From: Octopus sinensis
Taxonomy: Eukaryota
Reading direction: 5' to 3'
DNA: 64,000 nt
NCBI RefSeq assembly: GCF_006345805.1
Contig: NC_043008.1
Location: forward strand, 33,790,001 to 33,854,000
The stretch's first letter is position 1, and each line of letters begins with the position of its first letter. Below are positions 37,760-50,207 of this stretch, piece after piece. The position numbers and the translations under genes were made by a program. The notes under the pieces were generated by a model. The model was given only the letters and a program-made list of their open reading frames with translations. It searched no databases and was not told the origin of the DNA.

Positions 37760-38790
37760 GGCATTGTGGATCAGTGACTGCAGGGGAAAAATAACATCCC
37801 TTGAGTGGTAACATCATCCGTGAGAAAGTATGGAATTTACACAAGTGGTTTGACAGAGGAAACGAAGCAGAAGGCACCAAAGAACCAGAACCAAGATCAT
37901 TGACAGCACCGGAGCCTAAGAAGTACCTCGAGACCTTCAGGCATATCATCGAAGACAAGGGATACAAGCTGGAACAGGTTTTCATTATGGACGAAACTAG
38001 CTTGTTCTGGAAGATGATACCTTCCAGAAAGTACATCATGAGGGACGAAGCCAGAGTCCGAGTATTTAAGGCACAGAAGGACAGAGTGAGGCTAGTTAAG
38101 TGTGGCAATGCTGCTGGATTCATGATGAAACTAGGACTTACCTACAAGTTTGGGAACCCGAGGGCTTTCAAAAATTAGAATAAAAATCTGCTGCCTGTTC
38201 ACTGGATGCACAACCCAAGGCCTAGATTACCAAAAGTCTAACTTTGAATTGGTTCCACCAATGCTTCATCACTCAAGCCAAGTGATGCATGGAATTCAAG
38301 GTGTTGCTTGTTATAGATAATGCTGGTGGTCACTCATCGCATGCTGGGAGGTGTGACCAGAGTGGTCCAAGACTATGAGGGCTTCTCACCTGAAGATATT
38401 CAGCATGGGGCTGTCAACAATGCGATTAATCTTGCGAAGGTTTTGATATCACGCAAGATGAGGTCAACAACCTCATCGATGCCCACTCTGAAGCCCTGAC
38501 AGACGAAGATTTATTGGAGTTAACGAAGTCTGCCAGCAAAGAGGGGAAGGAAGTGCTAGATCCAAAGGAAGAGGAGGATGAGAAAGGTCTGGCAATCGAA
38601 TGTCAGTCCGACCTTTTAAGGACAGCAAAGGAATTGCAAGGAGAGGCGGAAACATGGGATCCCTATATGGTTTGCTCTCTCCAGTTTAAAAATACCGTCG
38701 ATGGTGCCATACAGACATATAAAACTCTACTAAGAAGAAACAACAACAGCAAATTCTCATCACAATGTTCAAGCCCACAAAGAAAACCTT
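37760..38790 (+). mobile_element. Tigger/pogo DDE transposon relic
   Basis: QVFIMDETSLFWKMIPSR..KDRVRLVKCGNAAG..NPRAFK and DNAGGH. Confidence 0.85.
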
Positions 38791-38856
38791 GCACGGAAAT
38801 ACGACTATATTATTTTATTAAATTATTAATATATATATATATATATAATATATATA

Positions 38857-38912
<56 letters not shown>

Positions 38913-38918
38913 ATATAT

Positions 38919-41900
38919 CACCATCATCATCGTTTAACATCCGCTTTCCATGCTAGCATGGGTTGGACGATTTGACGATTTGACTGAGGACTGGCGAACC
39001 AGATGGCTGCACCAGGCTCCAATCTTGATCTTGCAGAGTTTCTACAGCTGGATGCTCTTCTTAATGTCAGCCACTCCGAGAGTATAGTGGGTGCTTTTAC
39101 GTGCTACTGGCACGAGGGCCAGTCAGGCGGTACAGGCAACAGCCACGCTCAAATGGTGTTTTTACGTGCCACATGCACAGGAGCCAGTCCAGCGGCACTG
39201 GCAACGACCACGCTCAAATATTTTTTCACATGCCACCGGCACAAGTGCCAGTGTGGCAACACTGGTAATGATCACGCTCGAACGGTGCATTTTACGTGCC
39301 ACCGGCACGGAAGCCAGTTAGCTGCTCTGGTAACGATCCCACTCGGATGGTGATCTTAGCGCTCCACTAGCACAGATGCCAGTCATCGAATTTGATTTCG
39401 AGGTTATGGTCTCACTTGGCTTGCAGGGTCTTCCCAAGCTCAGCATAATTCCAAAGGTCTCGGTCTCTAGGCATTTCCAACTGTTCGAAGGTCGTGCTTC
39501 ACCACTTCATCCCAGGTCTTCCTAGATCTACCTCTTCCACAGGTTCCCTCAACCGCTATGGTCTGGCACTTTTTCACACAGCTATCCTCATCCATTCTCG
39601 TCACATGACCTTACCAGTGCAGTCGTCTCTCTTGCACAACACATCTGATGCTTCTTAGGTCCAACTTTTCTCTCAAGGTACTTACACTCTGTTGAGTATG
39701 CACACTGACATTGCACATCCATCGGAGCATACTCGCTTCATTCCTTGCAAGCTTACTCATGTCCTCAGCAGTCACAGCCCATGTTTCACCTTGGTAACGG
39801 AAGCTATCAACTACTTCTAGTTTTTCTCCCTGGAATATGGCAGAAGTTGCTCACTGCACATTTTCAGTGTTTATTGCTCCTGAGCATCTGCCACATACAA
39901 AAACTATCTTCCTAGTTAGCCTTCCTTTGATATTGCTACACCTCTTATGTGTCCATAGATTACACTGGGTACATCTTATAGAGTTTCTACCTACGCCTTT
40001 TCTACAGATCGAGCAGGGCGATCAACCTGAAGGGATTTTTGGTTTGCCTGCCTTCCTACTTTTTAGGACTTTGGTTTTAGCTAGGTTGACTCTAAGGCCC
40101 TTTGATTCTAATCTTTGTTTCCACACCTGAAACTTCTCCTCTAGTTCTGATAGTGACTCAGCAATTAGAGCAAGGTCATCAGTATATCAGCTCCCAGGGA
40201 ATCCTGTCTTGAATTCCTCTGTTATTACCTGGAGGACTGTGATAAATAGGAGGAAGCTGAGGACTGACCTTTGGTGGACCCCTACTTCTACCCAGAATTC
40301 TTCACACTACTCGTTACCAACCCTCACATTACTGACAGCGTCCCTGTACCTGGCTTGCACAGCTCTCACTAACCATCCATCTATCCCTAGTTTCCTCATT
40401 GACCACTAGATAAGGGAATGGGGGACCCTGTCAAAGGCTTTCTCCATGTCAACAAAAGCCAGGTATAGAGGTTTATCTTTGGCTAGGTATTCTTCTGCAG
40501 CTGTCTTACCAAAAATATAGCATCAGTGGTGCTTTTCCCTGGAACGAACCCAAACTGCATCTCATCTAAACTGACTCTCTCCCTAATTAGTTGGGCTATG
40601 ACCCTCTCCGTGGCCTTCATTACCTGATCCAACAACTCGATACCTCTGTAATTATTTGTATCTATAGTTGACTATAGTGCTGCTACACCAGTCATTGTGT
40701 TTGATTCCTTTGTGTATCACCTGGTTAACTATACGGGTAACTAGGCTATAGCCGACACTGCCAGATATTTTGAGGATCTTTGCAGTGATTCCTGGTGGTC
40801 CGGGGGCTTTTCCTGTCTTCATACTCTTAATTACTTTATCTAGCAAGGTACTGTCGACTCGGATAGCTGGTCCGTCTGTTGGGTCGACATTCGGCAGACT
40901 TTCTTTCTCCCATTCATTTTCTTTATTGAGCAACCTTTCATAGTGGCGTCTCCAAACCTCTCTGTTTGCAGCCTCGTTTGGTGCAAGTGAACCATCATCA
41001 ACACGGACACAATTCTCTCCTACAACATCACGATTCCCTCTCACACACTGTCTTGCAACACGAAATACCTCAAGTCTTTGGTCCTCACGGTGCAGAACAT
41101 TGGCAAATTTTTTCTTATCTGCTTCCCCTCTGGCTAAATAAACTTGCCTCCTAGCTTCCCCTCTGACAGTCTGATACAATTCCCTGCTACCACCGTTCTT
41201 CCAGTCCCTCCAAGCCTGTTTCTTTTCTCTAAAGCCCTGTCAACAACTTTGTTCCACCACAACGTTATTTTGGGTCGAGAGGGGACTTTGCACCATCCAC
41301 AGATCTAGTCAGTGGCTTTTAGCAGGTTGTCCCGTAGAAACCTCCAGCTGACTTCTACATCGTGTGAAGCTATATGCCCTTCTATTTCGTCAAAGGCTTC
41401 AAGTAATATGTCTCTAAATCTCTGTCCATTCGGAGGATCTTTAAGCTTCCAGACCCTTCTTCTCCATGCTGGTCGTCTTCTGGGCATCCACTTAGCCCTG
41501 ATCCTGAAGTCACTAACTACCAGTCTATGTTGTGAGGTACATTCTTCGCTTGGGAAGGTTTTGGCATTTATAAGCAGCTAGCTTTCCCTTTTTCTGGTGA
41601 GGATGTAGTCAATTTGGCTAGTGTGTCTGCCAGAACGGTAGGTGACTAGGTGACTGGCAGGTTTCCTGAAGTTAGTATTGCAAACCATAAGATCATTTGC
41701 ATCGCAGAACTCCAGCAGCCTGGTTCCCCCCTCATTGCAGGAACCAAAACCGTAGCCTCCATGTAAGCCCCCTGTATGTTATCCAACATGTCGATTGAAG
41801 TCACCAGCCACAAAGAGAAGGTCCCTGTCATTCGTCAACGAGGTAGTCTGCAAGAGGGTGTCATAGAATCGGTCTTTCTATCCATCGGGTAGCCTCGGTT

Positions 41901-42520
41901 GAGGGACATAGGCTGAGATAATGGTTGCTAACCCATGATGAAGCACTAATCTAATCTTAAGTATTCTGTCGCATACTCTGACTACCTCGATTACCTTATC
42001 CACCCACTTCTCTGCAAGAAGTATACCCACGCCCCGACCCCATCAGTGTTCCCTGCCCAGAAAATCTTGTACCTGTGTTCTTTACCTGTGAGAAACCTAG
42101 CGGAACCTCCTCTCCACTTTTCTTCTTGGATGCAGCACATATCGACACATCTCCGTTCAAGCATCTCAACAATCTCACTAGACCTACCTTTCAGTGTGTG
42201 GACGTTGAGAGTGCCAGCCTTGAGGGTGTGGGAGGTATGGGCCCTTGAGACCCTGGGGCAGGGGACAGCAGCGTCATGTTCCTGAAAAGAGAGCTCGCAT
42301 TTGGCAGAATTCATAAACAAACAATAGCCTTAAGTTCAACCTGCATACACTACACTATCATATTTTTGCACTATATGATCACTACCTTACACAAGAGATA
42401 AACCCTAAGTAGGGGTGGGGATAGCACAAAGCCTTTAGAAGTGTTCATAGGAGACAACCAAAGGAAAGGGACTTCCGGCACAGGTGGAGGGGTGGGCGTA
42501 CCGCGAACTAGCAAATTTAG
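38919..42520 (-). mobile_element. RTE LINE, near full span, degenerate
   Basis: Endonuclease N-terminus GTLNV...CCIQE (41991-42320), RT segments and 3' repeats homologous to 9140-13196; stops and deletions. Confidence 0.92.
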
Positions 42521-42550
42521 ACGAGTATATATATATATGTATGTATAATT

Positions 42551-43325
42551 ATCAATAATAACAAAGGGTAAAATTAATTAATTAAGAAGTAATCAATAAT
42601 TTCACCAAGCAGAATTCGGCATGAAAAAGGACCATTTCACGGTAAACTTAAGTAATACTTTATAATTAGGGTTCAGCAAAGATTTGCTTTACCACATACC
42701 GAAGTTTAGAAATAGGAGCCAAAAAATGTTAGCTATTTCTTCTACTTTAAAAAGGGACTCCCAGAAAAATCAAAATACTTGAAAACAATCCACGCGGGCA
42801 GAGAAGAAAAATAACGAAAATCAATCTACAGCTGGTCACCCATGTACGCGTTTTGGAATTAGATCGGTATAAAGAATATAGAATTATACTTTATCCAACC
42901 ATTTTCCTTCATCAGCATGGGACTCCAACAATATTAAATATTAAAATATTAAATTCGAAGGCACTGGAAGAATTGAACATATCTCTCAACCTAACGTATC
43001 AGACAGATCATATTCGGTGTTAATACCGCCGAATTCAATACGAATGAGGTTCATCACCTTCCCCTGCCCATCCGCGTGTGTCGTCAAGTAAAATACTATA
43101 GGAAAATCTGTAGTTTGTTATGAGGGAGAAAATTCTATTATCAATAATAACAAAGGGTAAAATTAATTAATTAGGAAGTAATCAATAATTTCACCAAGTA
43201 GAATTCGGCATGAAAAAGGACCATTTCACGGTAAACTTAAGTAATACTTTATAATTAGGGTTCAGCAAAGATTTGCTTTACCACATACCGATGTTTAGAA
43301 ATAGGAGCCAAAAAACCTTAGCTAT
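42551..43325 (-). mobile_element. Non-coding Penelope/retrozyme-like element with partial tandem repeat
   Basis: 42551-42740 is repeated at 43140-43325 (period about 589 bp) and contains a hammerhead-like motif. Confidence 0.6.
42839..42921 (-). ncRNA. Type I hammerhead-ribozyme-like motif (G12 mutated)
   Basis: CCCATG-CTGATGA-AGGAA..long stem II..TTCC-AAAA-CGCG-TA-CATGGG: perfect 6-bp stem I and palindromic stem III ACGCGT. GAAA reads AAAA, consistent with CpG decay. Confidence 0.6.
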
Positions 43326-43329
43326 TTCT

Positions 43330-44980
43330 TCCCATGAGAGCGGAATTGTCCTAACAATTTGAAATGTCTTTTATAACATGTCCATTTTTCAGAAGTATAC
43401 AACAGGGATGGTAAGACAAATGATTTATAAAGAGTCAATTTTGTATGGTCATTTATATGTCGTTGGTGCCAAACACCTGACTCCAAATCACCAAATGCTT
43501 GTGCTGCTCTTTCAATTCGCAGATTTATTTCTGTGTCCAGATTTCCATCGTTTTGAATAGAGCTTCCAAGGTAGATGAAAGAATCAACAACCTCAAGTAA
43601 CTTACCTATTTCTTTACTACCCCCAAGGGCTAACACAGAGAGGACAAAACAAGACAGACAAACGGATTAAGTCGATATATCGACCCCGGGCGTAACTAGT
43701 ACTTATTTATCGACCTCGGCAGAATTTGGATGTAACCGCAGAGTACTTATTTAATCGACCTCGGCAGAATTTGAATGTAACCGCAGATGAGTACCGCTAG
43801 CATTTCGCCCGGCGTGCTAACGTTTCTGCCAGTTCGCCGCTAAGTAACTTACCCTTAACAAAAATTTTTGTGGGGTTGTAGACAGCACCACGTGCAGGTT
43901 GATACATTATAGCTCTTTTTCTTTTCAAGTTGGTGGTCAAGCCAAAATCATCACAAACTGAGTTATATGTAGATACAAGAGATTGCAGACCTGTTTCAGA
44001 ATGACTGACTAGATCACAATCGTCAACATACAAGAGTTCCCTAACGAGTGAAGTAAAACCTTCGTTTTGAATTTCAGTCTGGTCAGATTAAAAACATTCC
44101 CAGTTCGATATTTTATGTAAATACCCTAATCTGAGTTCTGAAAAGTGTGTGACAGCCCAACAGCACAGTATATTGAAAAGAGGGTGGTGCATCAAGGTCT
44201 CCTTGCTTTACTCTCATTTTCCATGGCAAAGATTCAGAGAGCCTATCACCAAAATTAACTCTAACTTTCATACCTTGATGCAAAGCCCTGATCATGTTTA
44301 CGAATTTTCTGGACAACCTATTTTTCTTAGAATTAGACACAGGGAATTTCGATTAACAGTTTCGAATGTTTTGCTCAAATCAACAAAAGAATGGTATAGG
44401 GGAAAATTCTGTTCAATGCACTTTCTCTGCAAGTGTCTGATAGTAAAGATACAATCAACTGTGCCCCTGGAGAGCTAAACCACACCAAGATGCAAGCACC
44501 ATATTTGGAAAAATGAAAGTATTTAAACATTCTAACAGAATGTAATGAAGTACCTTTCTAACCACAGACAAAAGCGATTTATACAAGGAGACTAAAATGG
44601 CATCAATCCAGTCTTGAGGCACTTTCTCAGTTCTCCAACATCACAAATTAATATATTTAAAAGTTCAAACATTTTGTCACTCCCATATTTTGAGACTTCT
44701 GCACAGATTCCATCAGACCTTGGAGACTTATTGTTACTCAGCTTATTCACAGCTAGATAAATGTCCTTTAGAGTTGGTTCAATGCCATCTCTTCTATAAC
44801 TGGAAGGTGCTCGATTTTTTCTATCGTCCTCATGTCAACAGATGATGGTCTATTCAAAAGTGCAGAAAAATGTTCTACCCAATGCTTATGAGTAGAAGCA
44901 GTGACAGTCAGAAGCAAATTTCCATTTGCTGTTCTCACTGGAGCTATTGAAGACGATTTTGGGCCATATACCACCTCAAC
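43330..44980 (-). mobile_element. RTE/BovB-like LINE fragments with SINE insertion
   Basis: FIYLGSSIQNDG, LLYTSEKW, YVDDCDLV, VKQGDLDAP; frameshifted. Confidence 0.8.
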
Positions 44981-44990
44981 ATAAGAGTTA

Positions 44991-45021
<31 letters not shown>

Positions 45022-45042
45022 AATATATATTTAACACATACA

Positions 45043-45074
<32 letters not shown>

Positions 45075-45459
45075 CATACATACATACACATTATAATATA
45101 TATATAATCTTAGGAAAAATTACAGGGTAGGAAAATTATAGAAAAATTTCTACCAGTGACCTGCATGCAGAAAATAGTCAATAGATATATTATTCACATA
45201 AAATTAGTGTACATTTAAGAGGTTCCCTGACAGGACACCTAACATGCTAGAAGGACCAACCAAAATTAAAACCATGGATTTTATATATATATATATATAT
45301 TATATATATATGCACACCATATATATCATACATACATATATACATTCTGCATACATACATACATACATACAAACATACATACATACATACATACATGTGT
45401 GTGTGTGTGAGTGTGTGTTACATGCAACGTGCTTTACATTTTATTTCAATTCTTTGCAG

Positions 45460-45553
45460 ATTTATTTGATGAATTTGAATACTTCAGCTACTTATAGATG
45501 CACACTCGATGACCCTGATGCTGACAACAAAGGCTGTCAATTAAAGCCCGACG
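45460..45553 (+). CDS. Coding exon 4: C-terminal strands of the PLAT-like domain
   Basis: Strong acceptor ttttatttcaattctttgcag|, donor |gtaaat; 94 nt, phase 0-1, exactly bridging exons 3 and 5. IYLMNLNTSATYRCTLDDPDADNKGCQLKPD, with an NTS sequon and two Cys. Confidence 0.8.
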
Positions 45554-45622
45554 GTAAATTATATCATATGTCTAGGCAGTTAGCGAGTAATAATATATAT
45601 ATATATAATATATAAATTATCA

Positions 45623-46049
45623 TTTAGGTAGCAAAAAATTCAGTAAAAATTTATCGCTACCAGCGGCCTAGTGGAAAAGAGAAAATAGTCAAAGACTAAA
45701 TATATATAAATATAACAATTTAGGAATGGCCTAAACAGCCATTCGTCCACCAGAAAGAGCAGCCAGAACTCCACCGCCAAGTAGTGCAATTCGGAAATAA
45801 GGTGAAATTTAAAACGTTTACCCTAATTTTAAAAGATGAATTAGGGTAAACGTTTTTAAATTTTCACCTTATTTCCGATTGCACTACTTGGCGGTTGGAG
45901 TTCTGGCTGTCTTTCTGGTGGACGAATGGCCTGTTTAGGCCATTCCTAAATTGTTATATTTATATATATTTAGTCTTTGACTATTTTTTCTCTTTTCCAC
46001 TAAGCCGCTGGTAGCGATAAATTTTTACTGAATTTTTTGCTACCCTAAA
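45623..46049. repeat. Fold-back palindrome (~205-bp arms, 10-nt loop)
   Basis: Arms 45623-45828 and 45839-46049 differ by about 8 small indels and 1 substitution. Confidence 0.9.
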
Positions 46050-46211
46050 TTGATTAATTGATAATTTTCTGACTAATTCTGAGATTGAATCGGCAGTTTA
46101 TATTTTGCTGCCGATAAGTTTGGCGCAATGCGTTGGTCTTGAAAATTTTTAAGACAGATATTCCCGAGGCATTGATACAGTCGCCTCGTGTATATCCGTC
46201 TCTCCCAGGTT

Positions 46212-46307
46212 TCTTTACTGATGGTGTGACCTATGGTAGACTAGCTTAATTTATTTAATTAGGCTGGTCTATCATTAAGACACTGAAACGATGCATCGTA
46301 TAAAAGA
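46212..46307 (+). ncRNA. Type I hammerhead-ribozyme-like motif
   Basis: tcttta-CTGATG(g)-gtgt..atggtagactagcttaatt/aattaggctggtctatcat..acac-T-GAAA-CGATGCATCG-TA-taaaaga. Stem III is the 12-bp palindrome ACGATGCATCGT; A9 is missing. Confidence 0.6.
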
Positions 46308-46451
46308 TGAATTAGGGTAAACGTTTTTAATTTTTCACCTTATTTCCGAATTGCACTACTTGGCGGTTGGAGTTCTGGCTGCTCTTCTGTGGACGAATGG
46401 CCTGTTTAGGCCATTCCTAAATTGTTATTTTAATATATATATATATATATA

Positions 46452-47100
46452 TTTCAACAATTGAGGGTAAATTAATTAATTATTAATCAATTTCACCAAG
46501 TATTCAGTATGTAAAGGGACCATTATAGGCGAATTCAAATATTCATTATATATAGGGCTTAGTAAAATAAATTACTTTGCCACATACTGAACTCATTAGA
46601 AATACAGCTAAAGAAATTTCTTCAGCTATTTCTAATACTTAAAGAAGATCTCTCTCAGATAGTGTTTGCCTAAACTAACTCAACAAAAGTATGGGGGAAA
46701 AAACATTAAAAAATTAGAAGCCGAAAGGTATGCTCCCGACTTTCAGTGTTCCCAAATCCGATTCAAGGAATTCTGAGCTGAAGAAAGAATGTCGAATTGA
46801 CTAATCTAGAAACGTACGTTCTCAATAACCTTTGCACTTGATTTTTAAATGTTTTTTCCCATACTTTTGTGAGTTAGTTTAGGCAAACACTATCTGAGAG
46901 AGATCTTCTTAAGTATTAGAATAGCTGAAGAAATTTCTTTAGCTGCTATTTCTAATGAGTTCAGTATGTGGCAAAGTAATTTATTTTACTAAGCCCTTAT
47001 ATATAATGTATATTTTGAATTCGCCTATAATGGTCCCTTTACATACTGATACTTGGTGAAATTGATTAATAATTAATTAATTTTAACCTCATTGTTGAAA
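46452..47100. repeat. Long inverted repeat (~265-bp arms) of a Penelope-like tail
   Basis: 46452-46720 is the reverse complement of about 46835-47100; related to 42551-42740. Confidence 0.85.
46774..46824 (+). ncRNA. Minimal type I hammerhead-ribozyme-like motif
   Basis: TGAG-CTGAAGA-aaga..gtc gaatt gac..tcta-GAAA-CGTACG-TT-CTCA: intact CUGANGA/GAAA core, 4-bp stem I, palindromic stem III ACGTACGT, GUU site. Confidence 0.6.
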
Positions 47101-47530
47101 TATAATTCATCTTTCTCTGTAAAATGCTGCGGTTTTCAACCGTTAATACATGGTGTTTGTCAATGGTTTATCTTTACAAACATACTAACCTTGGTTCCTT
47201 GAGGTGTATGGTTTACTGTTTTTGTTGCGCCCCTATACTTTTACATACATTATTTGTAGGGGGTGCAAACACTATCTTTGAGATTTATCTTCTTAAGTAT
47301 TAGAAAGGGTAGCTGGAAGAAATTTTCTTTAGCTGCTTTCTGGAAAGGAGTTTCATGATATGGCAAAGTTTTATATTACGGCTAGAGCCCTGTAGCGGTA
47401 TATATATATATATATTATATATATTAATATATATATTTAAAATTAAATAAGTGTAGAAAGTGATATTAAACAATTAAAACCAGTGGCCCAGCATATTTTT
47501 TAAAAAATCCGAAGATTAAAAATTTTTACA

Positions 47531-47747
47531 TACAAAATTTAGAGGACTGATCTCTAAAAAAATGGACAGCCTATATGCTAGATATAGATGTCAAAATCAC
47601 CATTTTCACGAAGAATGTATTCTCAAAAAAGTTCAGCTGAATTTTTTTCTTCAGAACACATTCTTCGTGGAAAATGGGATTTTTGACGCTATATCTAGCA
47701 TATAGGCTCTCCATTTTTTAGAGAGTCAGTCCTCTAAATTTTATATA
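47531..47747. repeat. Fold-back palindrome centred on ttcagctgaa
   Basis: About 100-bp arms with small indels. Confidence 0.8.
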
Positions 47748-48199
47748 CATGTATTTTATATGAATAAATATAGTCCATTGACTAATCTTTTTACGCTAGG
47801 GCACTCGGTAGTAAAAAATTTCTAAAATTACCCTAATATCATTAATATATATATTATATATATATATATAATAATATTATATATATATTACATATATATA
47901 GATATATATAATATCTATATACATACATACACATATATGACAAATACAATATATCTATATATAATATTATACATACAGATATATAGGTATATCAATCATC
48001 TCATCATCATCATCATTTTTAACATCCGCTTTCCATGCTAGCATGGGTTATATATATTAATAATAAAAGGGGTAATATTTAATTAATTAAATTAATTAAT
48101 TAATTAATCAATCAATTAATTAATAATTTCAATAAGTAGATCAGTATGTTAAAATACCTTTATAAGTAAAATTATACAAATATTTTAAAAATATATATA

Positions 48200-48605
48200 T
48201 TCTTTTTACTCTTTTACTTGTTTCAGTCATTTGACTGCAGCCATGCTGAGCACCGACCTTTAGTCGAGCAAATCGACCCTGGGACTTATTCTTTGTAAGC
48301 CCAGTACTTATCATCGGTCTCTTTTGCCGAACTGCGAAGAGTGACGGGGATGTAAACACACCAGCATCGGTTGTCAAGCAATGCTAGGGGGACAAACACG
48401 ACAGACAAAAACACACACACACATATATATTATACATATATACGACAGGCTTCTTTCAGTTTCCGCCGTCTACCAAATCCACTCACAAGCATGGGTCGGC
48501 CCGGGGCTATAGCAGAAGACACTTGCCCAAGATGCCACGCAGTGGGACGAACCCGGAGCCATGTGGTTTGGTAAGCAAGCTACTTACCACACAGCCACTC
48601 CTGCG
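48200..48605 (-). mobile_element. Composite SINE (family B)
   Basis: Homologous to 7333-7800. Confidence 0.75.
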
Positions 48606-48689
48606 CCAATATATATATATATATATATAATTATATATATACATACATACATACATACACGCACAGACATACACACACACACACACTTA

Positions 48690-49570
48690 TACGAGGGCTG
48701 ATCAACGAGTATCTGGACTGTTGCCATGGTAATGAAACCAAAGCATGCAAAGTAAAGCCACTTGGCACAGCTTGACAGTGAGCTCTGCTTTTAATGTTCT
48801 AGCTCACTTTTGCTGTTTATAGCAGTGCTTGGAAGGAAGGTGTGTAGCGTGTGATCATCACATTGACTATGACAGAGAACGTTATTATGGTGACACCTCC
48901 TCAGAAGCCTACGTAAAGTTGCTAAAAGTGTATAGATAACAGTGCATGAGCCACACACAATTGTACAAGTAATTCAGATGTTTCCAAGATGGCAAAAGAA
49001 AAATGTTGATATTGACGACTGTTCTGAGAGACACGCAACCAGCAGAACTGAGAAAAACATTGCAAATGTTCGTGCAGCTGTGAGGGGAAATCATCAAATC
49101 ACCATCCATGTGTTATTAGAGGATTTGCAGATTAGTTATGTTTCAGTTCAGTCCATTATCACTGAAGATTTGGTATGAGACATGTGTCTGCCAAATTTGT
49201 GCCAAACTGCTCTCAGCTGACCAAAAAGACATTCGGTTTCAGTTGCACAAGATTTCTTGATGGTGTCGAGAATGATGAAAACTTTATAAAAACTTTGTGT
49301 AGGCCGCTGAGCAGGTATTGCCAAGCTTTTGGCAAAATTGGATGCAGATTCTCTGCTCAAGTTTCTCTGACATGGTCAATGCGATGATCACACACTACAC
49401 ACCTACCTTCCAAGTCCTACTTGTAAAAAGCGGAAGTGAGCTAGAACATTAAATCTTAGTGCGCATGTGCAGCAGAGTTCATGGTCAATCTGTGCCAAGC
49501 AGCTTCACTCTCCATACTCGAGCTTCGTTACTGTAGCAACAATCTGGATACATATTGATCAGACCACGTT
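48690..49570 (+). mobile_element. Internally deleted mariner element
   Basis: TIRs tacgagggctgatcaacgagtatc / gatacatattgatcagaccacgt; HTH region ...MRHVSAKFVP. Confidence 0.85.
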
Positions 49571-50029
49571 TACATATATATTCATACATATACACATACA
49601 TACATATGTATATATACATACGTGTGTGTGTGTGTGTGTTGTGTTGTGATGTGTGTGTGTGTGTGTGTATCAGTATAAAAACGTAGTACATTATACAATT
49701 CCTGTTCACAATGATGCAAGTAAAGTAAGCTAATCATCAGATCACCAGAATATCGAAGTATACCAACAATTTAATGATTTGTGAATATACAATCATATTG
49801 TTATAATACAATCATGCATATGGATATAATCATGTGAACATAATTTATTGCACACTGAAATTATTACTACATAAAGAATGTTTCAAACAGCTGTAATCCT
49901 ATAGATGTCAAGTGGTTAAATAATGTATTCGCCCCTTATACCTCTTGGCTTTTTAAGGTTTATACTGATACATACATACATGTAGTATGTATGTATGTAT
50001 GTATGTATGTATGTATGTATTTATGTATG

Positions 50030-50063
<34 letters not shown>

Positions 50064-50148
50064 ATCTATATACCATATATATATACATATATACATATAT
50101 ATACATATATATATATACATAATATATATATAATATATATATATATAC

Positions 50149-50204
<56 letters not shown>

Positions 50205-50207
<3 letters not shown>

